Source: Candidatus Dojkabacteria bacterium
GTDB taxonomy: Bacteria > Patescibacteriota > Dojkabacteria > JAFGLO01
Direction of reading: 5' to 3'
Length of the DNA: 64,000 nucleotides
Assembly (NCBI GenBank): GCA_016927995.1
Contig: JAFGLO010000003.1
Coordinates: 8,791 to 72,790, forward strand
Part shown: piece after piece, positions 18,334 to 28,008 of the stretch
Layout: each line of letters opens with the position of its first letter
Position numbering within the stretch: position 1 is the stretch's first letter
Notes under the pieces: model-generated
Databases searched by the model: none
What the model was told of the DNA's origin: nothing
The model's input: the letters and a program-made list of their open reading frames with translations, nothing else
Position numbers and translations under genes: made by a program

Positions 18334-19701
18334 CTATATTCTAAATGGATTTACTCCAATAGCAGTTAATAGATGCTCTAGGCCTCGGGCACCCCTTGCT
18401 CTTCTCCACAAATTCCTTACAGAATCAATAAAAAGTCCTAAACTCTCTTTAGAATTAAGAGACTCAATCCAATTCGACTTTAACCTTGTGTTATCAGAAT
18501 TATCTCTAAAAATGTCCTTTAGCTGACTCAGCGCATAAAAGATTGCAAGAACATGAAAGTTACAGTCAATAAGTGCAAGTGCACAAATGACCATAGTATT
18601 AGCATTCGGATCAATGGTTCGTGAATATTCTTTATACCACCGAACAAAATCCATAATATTCGGGCTATCATTCACACTTTCCCTTCTAAATTCCTCGGCA
18701 ACACGAACATAGTAAGCCCCATTTAATATATCCCACTGTTTGGAACTTAACTCGGAAATCTCGTTCATACGATTACCAACCTGCCTTAAGTCCCAATTTC
18801 CTTTTTCATCTTTCACAAGAAATGGATAACTTGGTCTCTCAAACATTAAATAAGCCGAAAAGATTTGTGCTAAGAACTCTCCTCCATTATGATATAGAAC
18901 CACCGTTGGATAAACATTAAAATCTGCTCTTACCCTTTTGTAAGCAACCGAATCTTTGTTAAATTGCCACTTTGATAAGGGATTATCCTCTTGATTAGAT
19001 TCTCTATTCACACCTTGATCAAGATCATTCAGAAACTCTCCTGTTCTGACGAAATGTTCTCTACTCCTGAATGACACACCCTTATTGCCCTCGTTGTATC
19101 TACCCGTTCTTACAAATTTAACTATTTCGTCTATCTGTAAGCAGCCCACATTCAATTCATTTTCACGACAATTAGCCCCTAAATATTTTATAAAAAAGCT
19201 TTGAATTTTCTGACTACTATATTTGGCACCTGCGAATGCCAACACGACAAAAGGTAATCCGAATTCACAATCCTCGGCTATTATATTAAATAGATCTTGC
19301 GCAACGGTATCGTCAAATTCCTCAGTATCTTTCAAGATTTCCAATTCACTTGCAAGAGCCACATACATCGGCATTACAAACTTCATCTGGTAAGGCTGGG
19401 CAGCTGTAACACCCAAATGTCCATCTCTTTCGCGGGTTAGGACGATGGGGTCTCCGTCCATTATTGCATATTTCACGGCCAATATTGATCTACCTGCGGT
19501 TGCGTGATCGGAATGGGCAAGCTGATTGTTTATACGCAAAGCACTCCCTATAAAGTCTCTGGCAGGCTCCCCTGCAAGCAAAGCAGTTTCGTATGGTTTA
19601 CCCTTGAAAACTCTTTTACTAAAAATAGCCTCTAAAGGGTTAGAAATTACGGCTTTACTATTGCCATTACCCCAACAAATCTGGTCAGGTCTAAAACTCA
19701 T
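18334..19701 (-). CDS. Hypothetical protein
   Basis: 455-aa ORF directly downstream of hisS; no motif recognised. Confidence 0.65.
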   Translation of the reverse strand: MSFRPDQICWGNGNSKAVISNPLEAIFSKRVFKGKPYETALLAGEPARDFIGSALRINNQLAHSDHATAGRSILAVKYAIMDGDPIVLTRERDGHLGVTAAQPYQMKFVMPMYVALASELEILKDTEEFDDTVAQDLFNIIAEDCEFGLPFVVLAFAGAKYSSQKIQSFFIKYLGANCRENELNVGCLQIDEIVKFVRTGRYNEGNKGVSFRSREHFVRTGEFLNDLDQGVNRESNQEDNPLSKWQFNKDSVAYKRVRADFNVYPTVVLYHNGGEFLAQIFSAYLMFERPSYPFLVKDEKGNWDLRQVGNRMNEISELSSKQWDILNGAYYVRVAEEFRRESVNDSPNIMDFVRWYKEYSRTIDPNANTMVICALALIDCNFHVLAIFYALSQLKDIFRDNSDNTRLKSNWIESLNSKESLGLFIDSVRNLWRRARGARGLEHLLTAIGVNPFRI

Positions 19702-19712
19702 AATTTATTGGA

Positions 19713-20948
19713 TTAGGTTAATCTGATTTGTTTTTGCGTTTTGGTTATCATATCTTTTACCAAATACACTCCATTTTTAGCTTCGTCTTCCCCTATAATC
19801 ACCACATTTTTAGCACCTATTTTGTCAGCAAAGCGAAGCTGCTTATCTAAAGAATCGGCATCAAGATAAGATACAACGGTACATCCTTCTTTCCTTAGCT
19901 TTGCTGCTATTTTGTCTGATAATTCCTTTGTTTCTTTAAACCTTGTTACCAGATAATCCAGGGAATTGTCATACTCCGGCACAAGGTTCCACCCTTCTAA
20001 AAACAACTTTGTAGTCTCATCCCCTGGTGCACATCCAACGGCAGGAAATGAATTTTTACCAAATAGTACTGCAAGTCCGTTATATCTACCCCCGCCAAAA
20101 AGTGACCTTTTATTCTCTGGATTTTCGTCAAACACTTCAAAAACAGTGCCGTCGTAATAATCAAATCCACGAACTATAGAGGTATCAATTTTTACATATT
20201 CAGCAAACCCAAGCTCGGATAACACTTTATACACAGTATTAAGCTCTGTTGTTCCTTCACAATCCGGAAGGTTTTTTATATCACCCGAGACAAAATCTAC
20301 CAAAGCGTCAACATTTGGGACATTAAGCTCTTTAAGTGCAGAAACCAAATCCTCCCTGGATATATTAGCCACCTTATCCATTAGCCTAACAACATTTTGC
20401 CTATTAGCAGAAGGGACAGCCGACAAAACATAGTCTATAAGCTTTCTATTATTAATTCTAACCTTAAACGAATCCTTAGGGGCGCCAAGTGCTAGCATTA
20501 TTTCAATGGCAATCTGGATTATTTCAACATCGGCACTTAACGAATCGGCCCCAAAGATATCATAGTTAAGCTGCCAAAACTCACGATTTCGCCCACGTTG
20601 CGGCTTCTGATTTCTAAAAAAGTTGGCAATGGAAAAGTATCGCACGGGCTTTTGCATGCTTTCATAGGTTTTGGCAACAAGCCGAGTAACAGAAGGTGTC
20701 ATTTCGGGGCGCATTGCAAGTTCACGCCCAGCTCTATCGGTTACTATCATAAGCTCTTTCCCACCTACTTCTTCACCGGATTTGGCTCTATAAATATTGG
20801 CATCCTCTAAAACGGGAGTTAAATACTCTTCGTAGCCAAAGCTTTTACAAACTTTCCGCCAGGTATCAAAAATATATTTACGAATTGCAAATTCTTTTGG
20901 ATCCCAGTCGTATGTTCCTTTGGGTGGATTTACCGATAATGTATTCAT
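19713..20948 (-). CDS. hisS: Histidyl-tRNA synthetase
   Basis: PKGTYD, RPEMT, QRGRNREFWQ, RGFDYY, GGGRY. Confidence 0.97.
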   Translation of the reverse strand: MNTLSVNPPKGTYDWDPKEFAIRKYIFDTWRKVCKSFGYEEYLTPVLEDANIYRAKSGEEVGGKELMIVTDRAGRELAMRPEMTPSVTRLVAKTYESMQKPVRYFSIANFFRNQKPQRGRNREFWQLNYDIFGADSLSADVEIIQIAIEIMLALGAPKDSFKVRINNRKLIDYVLSAVPSANRQNVVRLMDKVANISREDLVSALKELNVPNVDALVDFVSGDIKNLPDCEGTTELNTVYKVLSELGFAEYVKIDTSIVRGFDYYDGTVFEVFDENPENKRSLFGGGRYNGLAVLFGKNSFPAVGCAPGDETTKLFLEGWNLVPEYDNSLDYLVTRFKETKELSDKIAAKLRKEGCTVVSYLDADSLDKQLRFADKIGAKNVVIIGEDEAKNGVYLVKDMITKTQKQIRLT

Positions 20949-21022
20949 TTTAGGTTCTTTAGTTAATTTATATATGATATCAGATATTCCTTACTTCATC
21001 ATCTGTTACATAAAACAGAGGG

Positions 21023-21379
21023 CTATGTATGCGGATGAGAAGAAAGCTTGGTTATAACCTTGAAATAACCGCTTTGAGGACGACTTAAAAACTTGTTTAC
21101 ACGAGTCACCGTGGCAATACTTACACCGGTTCTTTCGGAAACCTTCCTCTGGGGAAATCCAATATAAAGCCACTTAGCAGCCTGGAATCTGCCTACAAAT
21201 GCACGAAGTTCTGCTTCGGTCATCAGATCAAAGCAAAACTCGTAAAGCTCTTTTTTATTCTTGCATTCAAGAAAAGCCTCTAGCAATTCCTTGAGCGGTT
21301 TTTTAAACCTTTGTGGTTTTTTCTTAGCAATATTTCCGGACATATCTGTTATTTGAAACTGATTTGTTTTTTTACACAT
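21023..21379 (-). CDS. TrpR-like YerC/YecD family regulator (start may be 21343)
   Basis: DLMTEAE...R...A, TGVSIATVTRVNKFL. Confidence 0.85.
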   Translation of the reverse strand: MCKKTNQFQITDMSGNIAKKKPQRFKKPLKELLEAFLECKNKKELYEFCFDLMTEAELRAFVGRFQAAKWLYIGFPQRKVSERTGVSIATVTRVNKFLSRPQSGYFKVITKLSSHPHT

Positions 21380-21380
21380 C

Positions 21381-21412
21381 GTATTATTACATTAATACAA
21401 TGTACTTGTCAA
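21381..21412 (-). promoter_or_regulatory. Sigma70 promoter overlapped by palindrome GTATTA-N6-TAATAC (putative operator)
   Basis: Minus strand TTGACA (21412-21407), then TG-t-AATAAT (21388-21383); palindrome at 21381-21398. Confidence 0.6.
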
Positions 21413-21424
21413 ACAGACTAATCG

Positions 21425-21504
21425 TCCGCAAGAAATCCTACTGGAAAAGTTCATTTTTTCTGACACAAAAATTTCAACCAGAGACTTTCAAAATAGATCC
21501 CGGA
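21425..21504. repeat. Divergent copy of the interrupted-hairpin element, 22 nt downstream of ftsZ
   Basis: TCCG..CCTA..GAAAAGT..TCTG-ACACAAAAATTTCAAC-CAGA..ACTTTC..TAG..CGGA matches the layout of the 8.3-kb units. Confidence 0.55.
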
Positions 21505-21526
21505 AGACTTTAGTCACCTTATAGAG

Positions 21527-22639
21527 CTACTTATTTCTTCTTAAAAAGGCAGGTTTGTCAAGATCATCCATGTCTTCATCGTCATCACTAACGGTAGAAC
21601 TAATTTTGCCGGCACTTAAGTTTACTCCACCGCTTTTAATAATTGGTTCGGCAAGATCCTGTCCCTTTTCGAGATCTCGTTGTTTCCCTTCGTCGAATCC
21701 CGTAGCAAGAACAATAACCTGAAGCTCGTCACCCATGTCTTCATTAAGGCTTGCACCAAAGATAACATTGGCGGAAGGATCCGCGGCGCCCTGAACCATT
21801 TCGGCAATTGTGTCAATCTCATGCATAGACATTGTGGGACCGCCAACAATATCCAAAAGTACACCCGTCGCACCATCCATACTCATATTAAGAAGTGGGC
21901 TTGTTGTAGCCATTTTAGCAGCTTGTTCAGCCCTATTCTCCCCAGATGCACTACCCATTCCCATAAGTGCAGACCCACTGTCACGCATGATTGATTTTAC
22001 ATCGGCAAAGTCTACATTAACGTATCCTGTTTGGGTTACAAGGCTTGAAATACTACGCACGGCCTGAGCCAAAACTTCATCAACCTTACGCATGGCTTCA
22101 AGGAAAGATATGTTTTTGTCGATAATTTCAAGAAGACGCTGATTAGGAATTGTTATCAAAGTATCAACATTGCCCTTTAAGTTTTCGATACCTTCCAGGG
22201 CAACATCCATTCGGCGCTGTCCTTCAAACTTAAATGGCTTAGTGACAATAGCAACCGTTAAAGCACCCATCTCTTTACAAATTTTTCCGATTACGGGCGC
22301 AGCACCCGTGCCTGTTCCGCCACCCATTCCTGCGGTAATAAAGACCATATCCGAACCGGCTAACACCTCCTGCAGTTGGTCAATCGACTCCTCGGCAGCC
22401 TTTTGACCCGTAACCCAATCACCACCGGAACCAAGCCCTTTAGTTAATGTTTCACCAATGGGAACAGTAACAGGAGCAAGTGAGTTATGCAGAGCCTGAA
22501 CGTCAGTGTTAACTGACACAAAATCAACCCCTTCAATATTATATTGAGAGATCATGGTGTTAATGGCGTTTCCACCACCACCACCCACACCTACTGCTTT
22601 AATTCGAGCAACCGGATCAACTGTTGGAGTAACTAACAT
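21527..22639 (-). CDS. ftsZ: Cell division protein FtsZ
   Basis: GVGGGGGNA, GGGTGTG, NVDFADV, C-terminal PAFLRR. Confidence 0.98.
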   Translation of the reverse strand: MLVTPTVDPVARIKAVGVGGGGGNAINTMISQYNIEGVDFVSVNTDVQALHNSLAPVTVPIGETLTKGLGSGGDWVTGQKAAEESIDQLQEVLAGSDMVFITAGMGGGTGTGAAPVIGKICKEMGALTVAIVTKPFKFEGQRRMDVALEGIENLKGNVDTLITIPNQRLLEIIDKNISFLEAMRKVDEVLAQAVRSISSLVTQTGYVNVDFADVKSIMRDSGSALMGMGSASGENRAEQAAKMATTSPLLNMSMDGATGVLLDIVGGPTMSMHEIDTIAEMVQGAADPSANVIFGASLNEDMGDELQVIVLATGFDEGKQRDLEKGQDLAEPIIKSGGVNLSAGKISSTVSDDDEDMDDLDKPAFLRRNK

Positions 22640-22661
22640 AATTTTTTTATAATAAGTTCAG

Positions 22662-23996
22662 TTATTTGTTCGAAGGGAAAAGATTCTTAAACCAATCCCT
22701 TATTTTTCCGATAATTTCTACACCTTTATTTCCACCAAACACTCTACCTCCACTTATATCTACCTCTTCAACCAACGCATATTTAATAAGTCCTTGAACC
22801 GTTGCAAATTCCGAATCGTTAATTTCATCAGTCATTCCACGAAGTCCCGATGGCTTACCAATTCTTGCCGTTACGCCAAAAACCTTTTTAACATGCTCAA
22901 CGATACCCTCAAGCTTTGCTCCACCACCCGTTACCACAACCCCAGCCGGAATAGCTAATTGCACCTTTGACTTTTGTACCTGAGATTTAACAAGTTCTAA
23001 AATCTCTTCAATTCTTGCGGCAACAATATCTTTACAAAATTCTTTTGACACTTTCTCAATACTTGTAATTCCAAGCCCGGTAACATCGACCTCATCGGTA
23101 CTAATTTTCTTTGACTTTTTCTCGGAGGGTTTCTCGGATTTTTTTCGGTTAATTGCTGGTGTATTGTCAATTTCTTCGGCATCTACTATCTCTTCATTTT
23201 TACCAGCTACAAGATCCTTAAGCCCGCGTTTAAGCCGCTCGGCCTCCTCGAATGATATTTGTAACCCTGCAGCTAAATCGCTTGTAACATGCATACTACC
23301 AAGCGGAACCACGCCACTGTATGCAATAGATCCTTCGATAAACATTGCAATACTAACTGTTTCTGCACCAATGTCCAAAAGCATTACTCCAAGTTCTTTC
23401 TCGGTATCAGTAAGCACTGAATACGATGAAGCAAGCCCGGAAAACACAATTCCATCAACTCCCATACCCATATTTTGAACAGCTTTAATAAGGTTCTGAA
23501 CTCCTGTTGCAGGTGCAGTTACAAGATGTGTATCAACCTCAAGTCTACTACCCGACATTCCAATTGGATATTTTATTCCACTTTGAGAATCTACTATAAA
23601 TTCACGAGAGATTATGTGTAAAATTTCACGGTCTTGGGAAATTGGTATTGTTTTGGCACTTTCTATTGCACGCAAAACATCATCGGGACCGATATCTTTA
23701 TGCGCAATTGCTACAACACCTTTATTATTGACACTCTGTATGTCTTTTCCATTGATATTAATGTAAACACTGGGGATTGTAATTCCAGCCATACGCTCCG
23801 CGGCAGCAATCGTATTTGCAATTGTCGCAGTAGCTTCGTCAATGTTTACAATGATACCCTTTTTTATACCGGTACTTGGCTGAGTATAAACTCCAACAAC
23901 TTGAGGAATTCGCTCCTCACCATCAATTGCAGCAATAACAGCAGATGACTTAAATGACCCCACATCTAGGGCCGCAACTATTCTCTTACTCATCAA
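22662..23996 (-). CDS. ftsA: Cell division protein FtsA
   Basis: LDVGS, KKGIIVNI, LDIGA, VVTGGGA; upstream of ftsZ. Confidence 0.95.
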   Translation of the reverse strand: MMSKRIVAALDVGSFKSSAVIAAIDGEERIPQVVGVYTQPSTGIKKGIIVNIDEATATIANTIAAAERMAGITIPSVYININGKDIQSVNNKGVVAIAHKDIGPDDVLRAIESAKTIPISQDREILHIISREFIVDSQSGIKYPIGMSGSRLEVDTHLVTAPATGVQNLIKAVQNMGMGVDGIVFSGLASSYSVLTDTEKELGVMLLDIGAETVSIAMFIEGSIAYSGVVPLGSMHVTSDLAAGLQISFEEAERLKRGLKDLVAGKNEEIVDAEEIDNTPAINRKKSEKPSEKKSKKISTDEVDVTGLGITSIEKVSKEFCKDIVAARIEEILELVKSQVQKSKVQLAIPAGVVVTGGGAKLEGIVEHVKKVFGVTARIGKPSGLRGMTDEINDSEFATVQGLIKYALVEEVDISGGRVFGGNKGVEIIGKIRDWFKNLFPSNK

Positions 23997-24086
23997 AATT
24001 ACTTATTTAAATAATGCCTTTAGCAATTTACATCTTGAACTATGATAATAACCACAGCCCAATTTGTCAAATATACGTGATTTCGG

Positions 24087-24851
24087 TTATCTCCCCCTTT
24101 CGGTTATTATTAGCCTGTCTTCATACAATCTAAATACTGTTTTAGGAATATACTCGGGATACAAAACCAGTAGAGTCTCAAGATTACTCAATGCATAAGT
24201 ATAGTCCACTCCACAATCAATCTCAATCTGGTTATCATTTGCCACAACAACAACCTGGTTTCGGTCAAAAACGGCAACAACCGGATCCGAAATTGCAGTC
24301 GTTAATATACCACTACTTGCAATCTTTTGGTATATGTCCCAGGCACACTTAGTGCCTTCGTCTACAATCTCTGAACCTATTTGGTATTCACGATTTCTTT
24401 CGTCGGCAATATATATGGGACAGTCGGAGCCATCTTCTACATTATCAATTACAAAATTATCAACTATGTAAAGAACACCGTTTTGTCCCATTATACAATA
24501 ATCAGGCTCATATTCGTTTACCCAAAACACAAGCTTATTAGGAAAAACCTTTTCGACATAGACTTCGTCAACCCAGACAAAATCATTTTCGGTCCGAGAT
24601 TCCAGTACACTTTTGTTTATTGAATACAACGGCTTTCCAATATATTCAGAAAATCTCGAGGTAATATCGTTTGATTCGGTTTTTAGATAACCGGTGTCTG
24701 TAGAAAAATACTTTACCTCGATGGAGGAAACCAACGTAATCTTGAAATAAAAAAGATAGAGAAGGAATCCAAACACCAAAATGGTAAATCCAACAAATAC
24801 GGTACGAACACTAGGAATCTTTATGGCAAAAAATCGTTTTCTTTTTTTCAT
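24087..24851 (-). CDS. ftsQ: FtsQ/DivIB-like bitopic protein
   Basis: Basic N-terminus, TM, POTRA-like WVDEVYVEKVFPNKL; synteny with ftsA. Confidence 0.65.
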   Translation of the reverse strand: MKKRKRFFAIKIPSVRTVFVGFTILVFGFLLYLFYFKITLVSSIEVKYFSTDTGYLKTESNDITSRFSEYIGKPLYSINKSVLESRTENDFVWVDEVYVEKVFPNKLVFWVNEYEPDYCIMGQNGVLYIVDNFVIDNVEDGSDCPIYIADERNREYQIGSEIVDEGTKCAWDIYQKIASSGILTTAISDPVVAVFDRNQVVVVANDNQIEIDCGVDYTYALSNLETLLVLYPEYIPKTVFRLYEDRLIITERGR

Positions 24852-24869
24852 TCTAGGCAGTAATCAATA

Positions 24870-24943
24870 TGCCGAGGATCAGATTTGAACTGATGACCCC
24901 ACCGTTTTCAGCGGTATGCTCTACCAAGCTGAGCTACCTCGGC
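24870..24943 (-). tRNA. tRNA-Phe (GAA)
   Basis: GCCGAGG/CCTCGGC acceptor stem, anticodon arm ACCG-ctGAAaa-CGGT, GTTCAAATC T-loop; CCA not encoded. Confidence 0.95.
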
Positions 24944-25059
24944 AAGTTAAGGCAAACATTATCACAATCAATAACTGTTTGCAATTATATTATACATGAA
25001 ACACCCCTCCCTTCGTCAAACTATGATACAATACACCGTTTAACTTTTCACAAACAAAA

Positions 25060-26067
25060 ATGGATTTTACATACAAATCGAAAAAACATTCAAACACTCA
25101 CATTACCTACAACGTAACAGTAGATTACAAAGAATATGACAAAATTAAAGAAGAAGTCTACGACGAACTTGCCAAAGATATTGAGCTTAAGGGTTTTCGA
25201 AAGGGACAAGCCCCACGAAACATGGTTGAACCAATGATCCTTAAAGATTTAATAAATAAAAGCCTTGAACGCCTATTATCCAAAATCACAAGTGAAATGC
25301 TTGAAAAAGAAGGTGTTGACCCTGCATCTACTGCAAAATACGACGTAAAAGAGGTAGACAAGACAAAGGGTATAAGTTTCGAAGTCGAATTTTACGTTTA
25401 CACCAAATTCTCATTGCCAGACATTAAGAAAATAAAAATTAAAATATCCCAACCCAAGGTAACAGCCGACGAAGTAAAGGCTGCAATCGAAAATACAAGG
25501 GAAGAATGGAATAAAAGCAAGACCAAAGGCAAAATTACTAAAGTTACCGACAAATGGATAAAAGAGTTAAAGCTTCCAAAAGTTGAAACAATTTCTGACT
25601 TCGAGAAATTCGTAGAAGCCGAACTCTTGCATCAAAAGTATCATATTGAGGAACAGCGAATTTTTAATGAGATATTGGATAAAGAAGTCGCAAAATCCAA
25701 AATTGAAATTCCCGAGAACGTCATCGAAAACATTAAAAAAGGTGAGCATCAACGTTTGGACGAAGAGCTTAAAAAGCTTAAACTTACAAAAGAAAAATAT
25801 CTAAAAAGTAACAAAAAAACCGAAGCGGAGCTTGAAAGTGAGTGGGTTGAGAAATACTCAAAATCAATAAGTACGGAAATCTTTCTAAGCAGATACGGAA
25901 GAATAAATGATGTAAAAGTTCCCCAAGAGCTTTTGGAAGCCCTTAAAAAGCAATACGAAGGAAGTCCTTTACTCTATAGAGCCGTCGAAAAAGCATTTTT
26001 GGATTTAAGCGCCAATCATTTCTGGCAGGAAATTAAAAAAATAAACAAAATCGAGCACACTCATTAG
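25060..26067 (+). CDS. tig: Trigger factor, short form apparently lacking the FKBP domain
   Basis: KGFRKGQAP ribosome-binding motif; 335 aa. Confidence 0.85.
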   Translation: MDFTYKSKKHSNTHITYNVTVDYKEYDKIKEEVYDELAKDIELKGFRKGQAPRNMVEPMILKDLINKSLERLLSKITSEMLEKEGVDPASTAKYDVKEVDKTKGISFEVEFYVYTKFSLPDIKKIKIKISQPKVTADEVKAAIENTREEWNKSKTKGKITKVTDKWIKELKLPKVETISDFEKFVEAELLHQKYHIEEQRIFNEILDKEVAKSKIEIPENVIENIKKGEHQRLDEELKKLKLTKEKYLKSNKKTEAELESEWVEKYSKSISTEIFLSRYGRINDVKVPQELLEALKKQYEGSPLLYRAVEKAFLDLSANHFWQEIKKINKIEHTH

Positions 26068-26721
26068 ATGACACTAACAGAGAAGATTGATAAATACATT
26101 CTTGGTAACATTTTGTACCTATTATTTGCCTTCTTTTTTTTATACAATGCACTTGCATTTGGCGCACCTATTTTGCATAAAGTCGGCATTATAAAGCCAG
26201 CTGAAGCTATCTATAAACTTTATTCAAAGTTTTGTCATCAGATGCCTGATCGTTCGTTTTTTCTTTTGGGGGAAAAGCTCGTATACACAAAACAGGAACT
26301 TTTTGACGCAGGATTTAGTAATGCATTCGAGGAAGACCCAATTAACTATCAGATAGCATCAAGAAGTTTTTACGGAACAGATAATTTAGGATACAAAATT
26401 GCCTACTGTAGTAGAGATACAGGGATCTATCTTATGATGCTTGCAGTTCTTGTTGCAGTAACTTTCACAAAGCTACAGTTTAAGTTTATGCCCACGTTTG
26501 CTAAACTTTTGTTTGTTCTCCCTATGGCACTTGATGGCGGAATACAGCTTGTATCAGCAATTCTATATTACACCGGAAGCATCGATGCGCTTTTTTATGA
26601 AAGCAATGTAACAAGAAGGTTAATTACAGGTGCTTTATTTGGATTTGCAATGGGTACACTTCTTTTTCCTTATATAAAAAGTGAGACTGCACCGGTTAAG
26701 GTAAAAGGTGATTATCTCTAG
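26068..26721 (+). CDS. DUF2085-like membrane protein
   Basis: CHQMPDRSF, CSRDTGIY, PMALDG, RRLITG. Confidence 0.8.
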   Translation: MTLTEKIDKYILGNILYLLFAFFFLYNALAFGAPILHKVGIIKPAEAIYKLYSKFCHQMPDRSFFLLGEKLVYTKQELFDAGFSNAFEEDPINYQIASRSFYGTDNLGYKIAYCSRDTGIYLMMLAVLVAVTFTKLQFKFMPTFAKLLFVLPMALDGGIQLVSAILYYTGSIDALFYESNVTRRLITGALFGFAMGTLLFPYIKSETAPVKVKGDYL

Positions 26722-26753
26722 CCCCCCAGTCCCCAACCGCTGCCTGGGAGGGG
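26722..26753. terminator. GC-rich stem between convergent genes, possible bidirectional terminator
   Basis: CCCCCCAG...CTGGGAGGGG; no U-tract. Confidence 0.3.
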
Positions 26754-26761
26754 ATAGCTTA

Positions 26762-27997
26762 TCAATTTACCGTTTCCCCATGTCTATCAATACTTAACAG
26801 CAAACCAACGGCGATCATTACAATCAGAATCGAAGAACCACCATAGGTTACAAACGGCAGTGGCAGACCGGTAAGCGGAATAACTACAAGATTAGTAGCA
26901 AAATGTAGAAGTGCCTGAAGTAAAATCCATGCCCCAATACCAAGTGCAATAAGCCGCCCTATCGGATCGACGGTTTTTAATGCAATCATTGTTGCAAATA
27001 CTGCAAAAGCCACATACAATCCCATAAACAAAATCCCGTTCCAAAAACCTACTTCCTCAAGAATTACAGCAATAATTGAATCGGTAAAAGCAGTATTTTC
27101 GACCAAAAAACCATGTTCCTGCATTGAGTTACCTAGTCCAACTCCCTTTGCACCACCGTTCCCAATTCCTATTAAAATTCGCTGGATCTGATACCCGCTT
27201 CCATGCATCTCCTCTTCAGATACAATTCCGGTTTTAAATACCTCAAGAAACGTATTTATACGTTTAAGTCTGTATGGCGCTACGATTCCAGCAACAACCA
27301 TTAGTAAAAGCAGAATAATTACTACGGAAATACTTCCCATCATGTGTACGATATCTTTACCCGAAACAAAAAAAATTATAAATGAGGTTGCCAATACAAT
27401 CATAGTAGTTCCCATATCCGGTTCAATAAGAATCAGAAGCCCTATGCCTCCCGCAATTGCTAAAAATCCTAACAAATCATATAAGAAGTGTCTTTGTAGT
27501 GCCTCTTTAAAAGATTTAACAGTTGGTTTAGGCTTAGAAAGCCAAGATGCCAAATAAATTATTATTCCAAGTTTTGCAAACTCAGCCGGCTGAATTGTCC
27601 CCACCCCGGGAATAACAAACCAACGCCTTGATCCACCAATATACTCACTTAAAAACAATACTGCAACAAGCGAAACAATCATTCCCGAAAGTAAAACAAC
27701 CATGAACTTACCTTTAGTAAATTTTCGGTAGTCGATCCGAGAAATAACCAGAATTGCCAAAGATCCAAGAGCAACCCACACCAACTGTCTGACTACAAAG
27801 TGAAACTTATCGTGAAATACCGTTACCGCTTGATATATACTTGCGTCAAATATAAAAACGATTCCGGCAAACAAAAGGATAAAGGTTATAGCAAGAATAC
27901 CCCAAGACAGAAGTGACATTTTGGGGGAGTTCCTATTAATTCCTTTTACAGAAAATGCTCTAATTTTCCCGGACTCAGAACCTAATATCACTGGCAT
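26762..27997 (-). CDS. ftsW: SEDS family protein FtsW/RodA
   Basis: GSRRW, QPAEFAK, EPDMGT, YQI, TDSI, TGLPLPFVTYGGSS. Confidence 0.9.
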   Translation of the reverse strand: MPVILGSESGKIRAFSVKGINRNSPKMSLLSWGILAITFILLFAGIVFIFDASIYQAVTVFHDKFHFVVRQLVWVALGSLAILVISRIDYRKFTKGKFMVVLLSGMIVSLVAVLFLSEYIGGSRRWFVIPGVGTIQPAEFAKLGIIIYLASWLSKPKPTVKSFKEALQRHFLYDLLGFLAIAGGIGLLILIEPDMGTTMIVLATSFIIFFVSGKDIVHMMGSISVVIILLLLMVVAGIVAPYRLKRINTFLEVFKTGIVSEEEMHGSGYQIQRILIGIGNGGAKGVGLGNSMQEHGFLVENTAFTDSIIAVILEEVGFWNGILFMGLYVAFAVFATMIALKTVDPIGRLIALGIGAWILLQALLHFATNLVVIPLTGLPLPFVTYGGSSILIVMIAVGLLLSIDRHGETVN

Positions 27998-28008
27998 TTA
28001 AGAAAACT

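Noticed and set aside
24869-25117. 82-aa plus-strand ORF
   Set aside because: Antisense translation of tRNA-Phe
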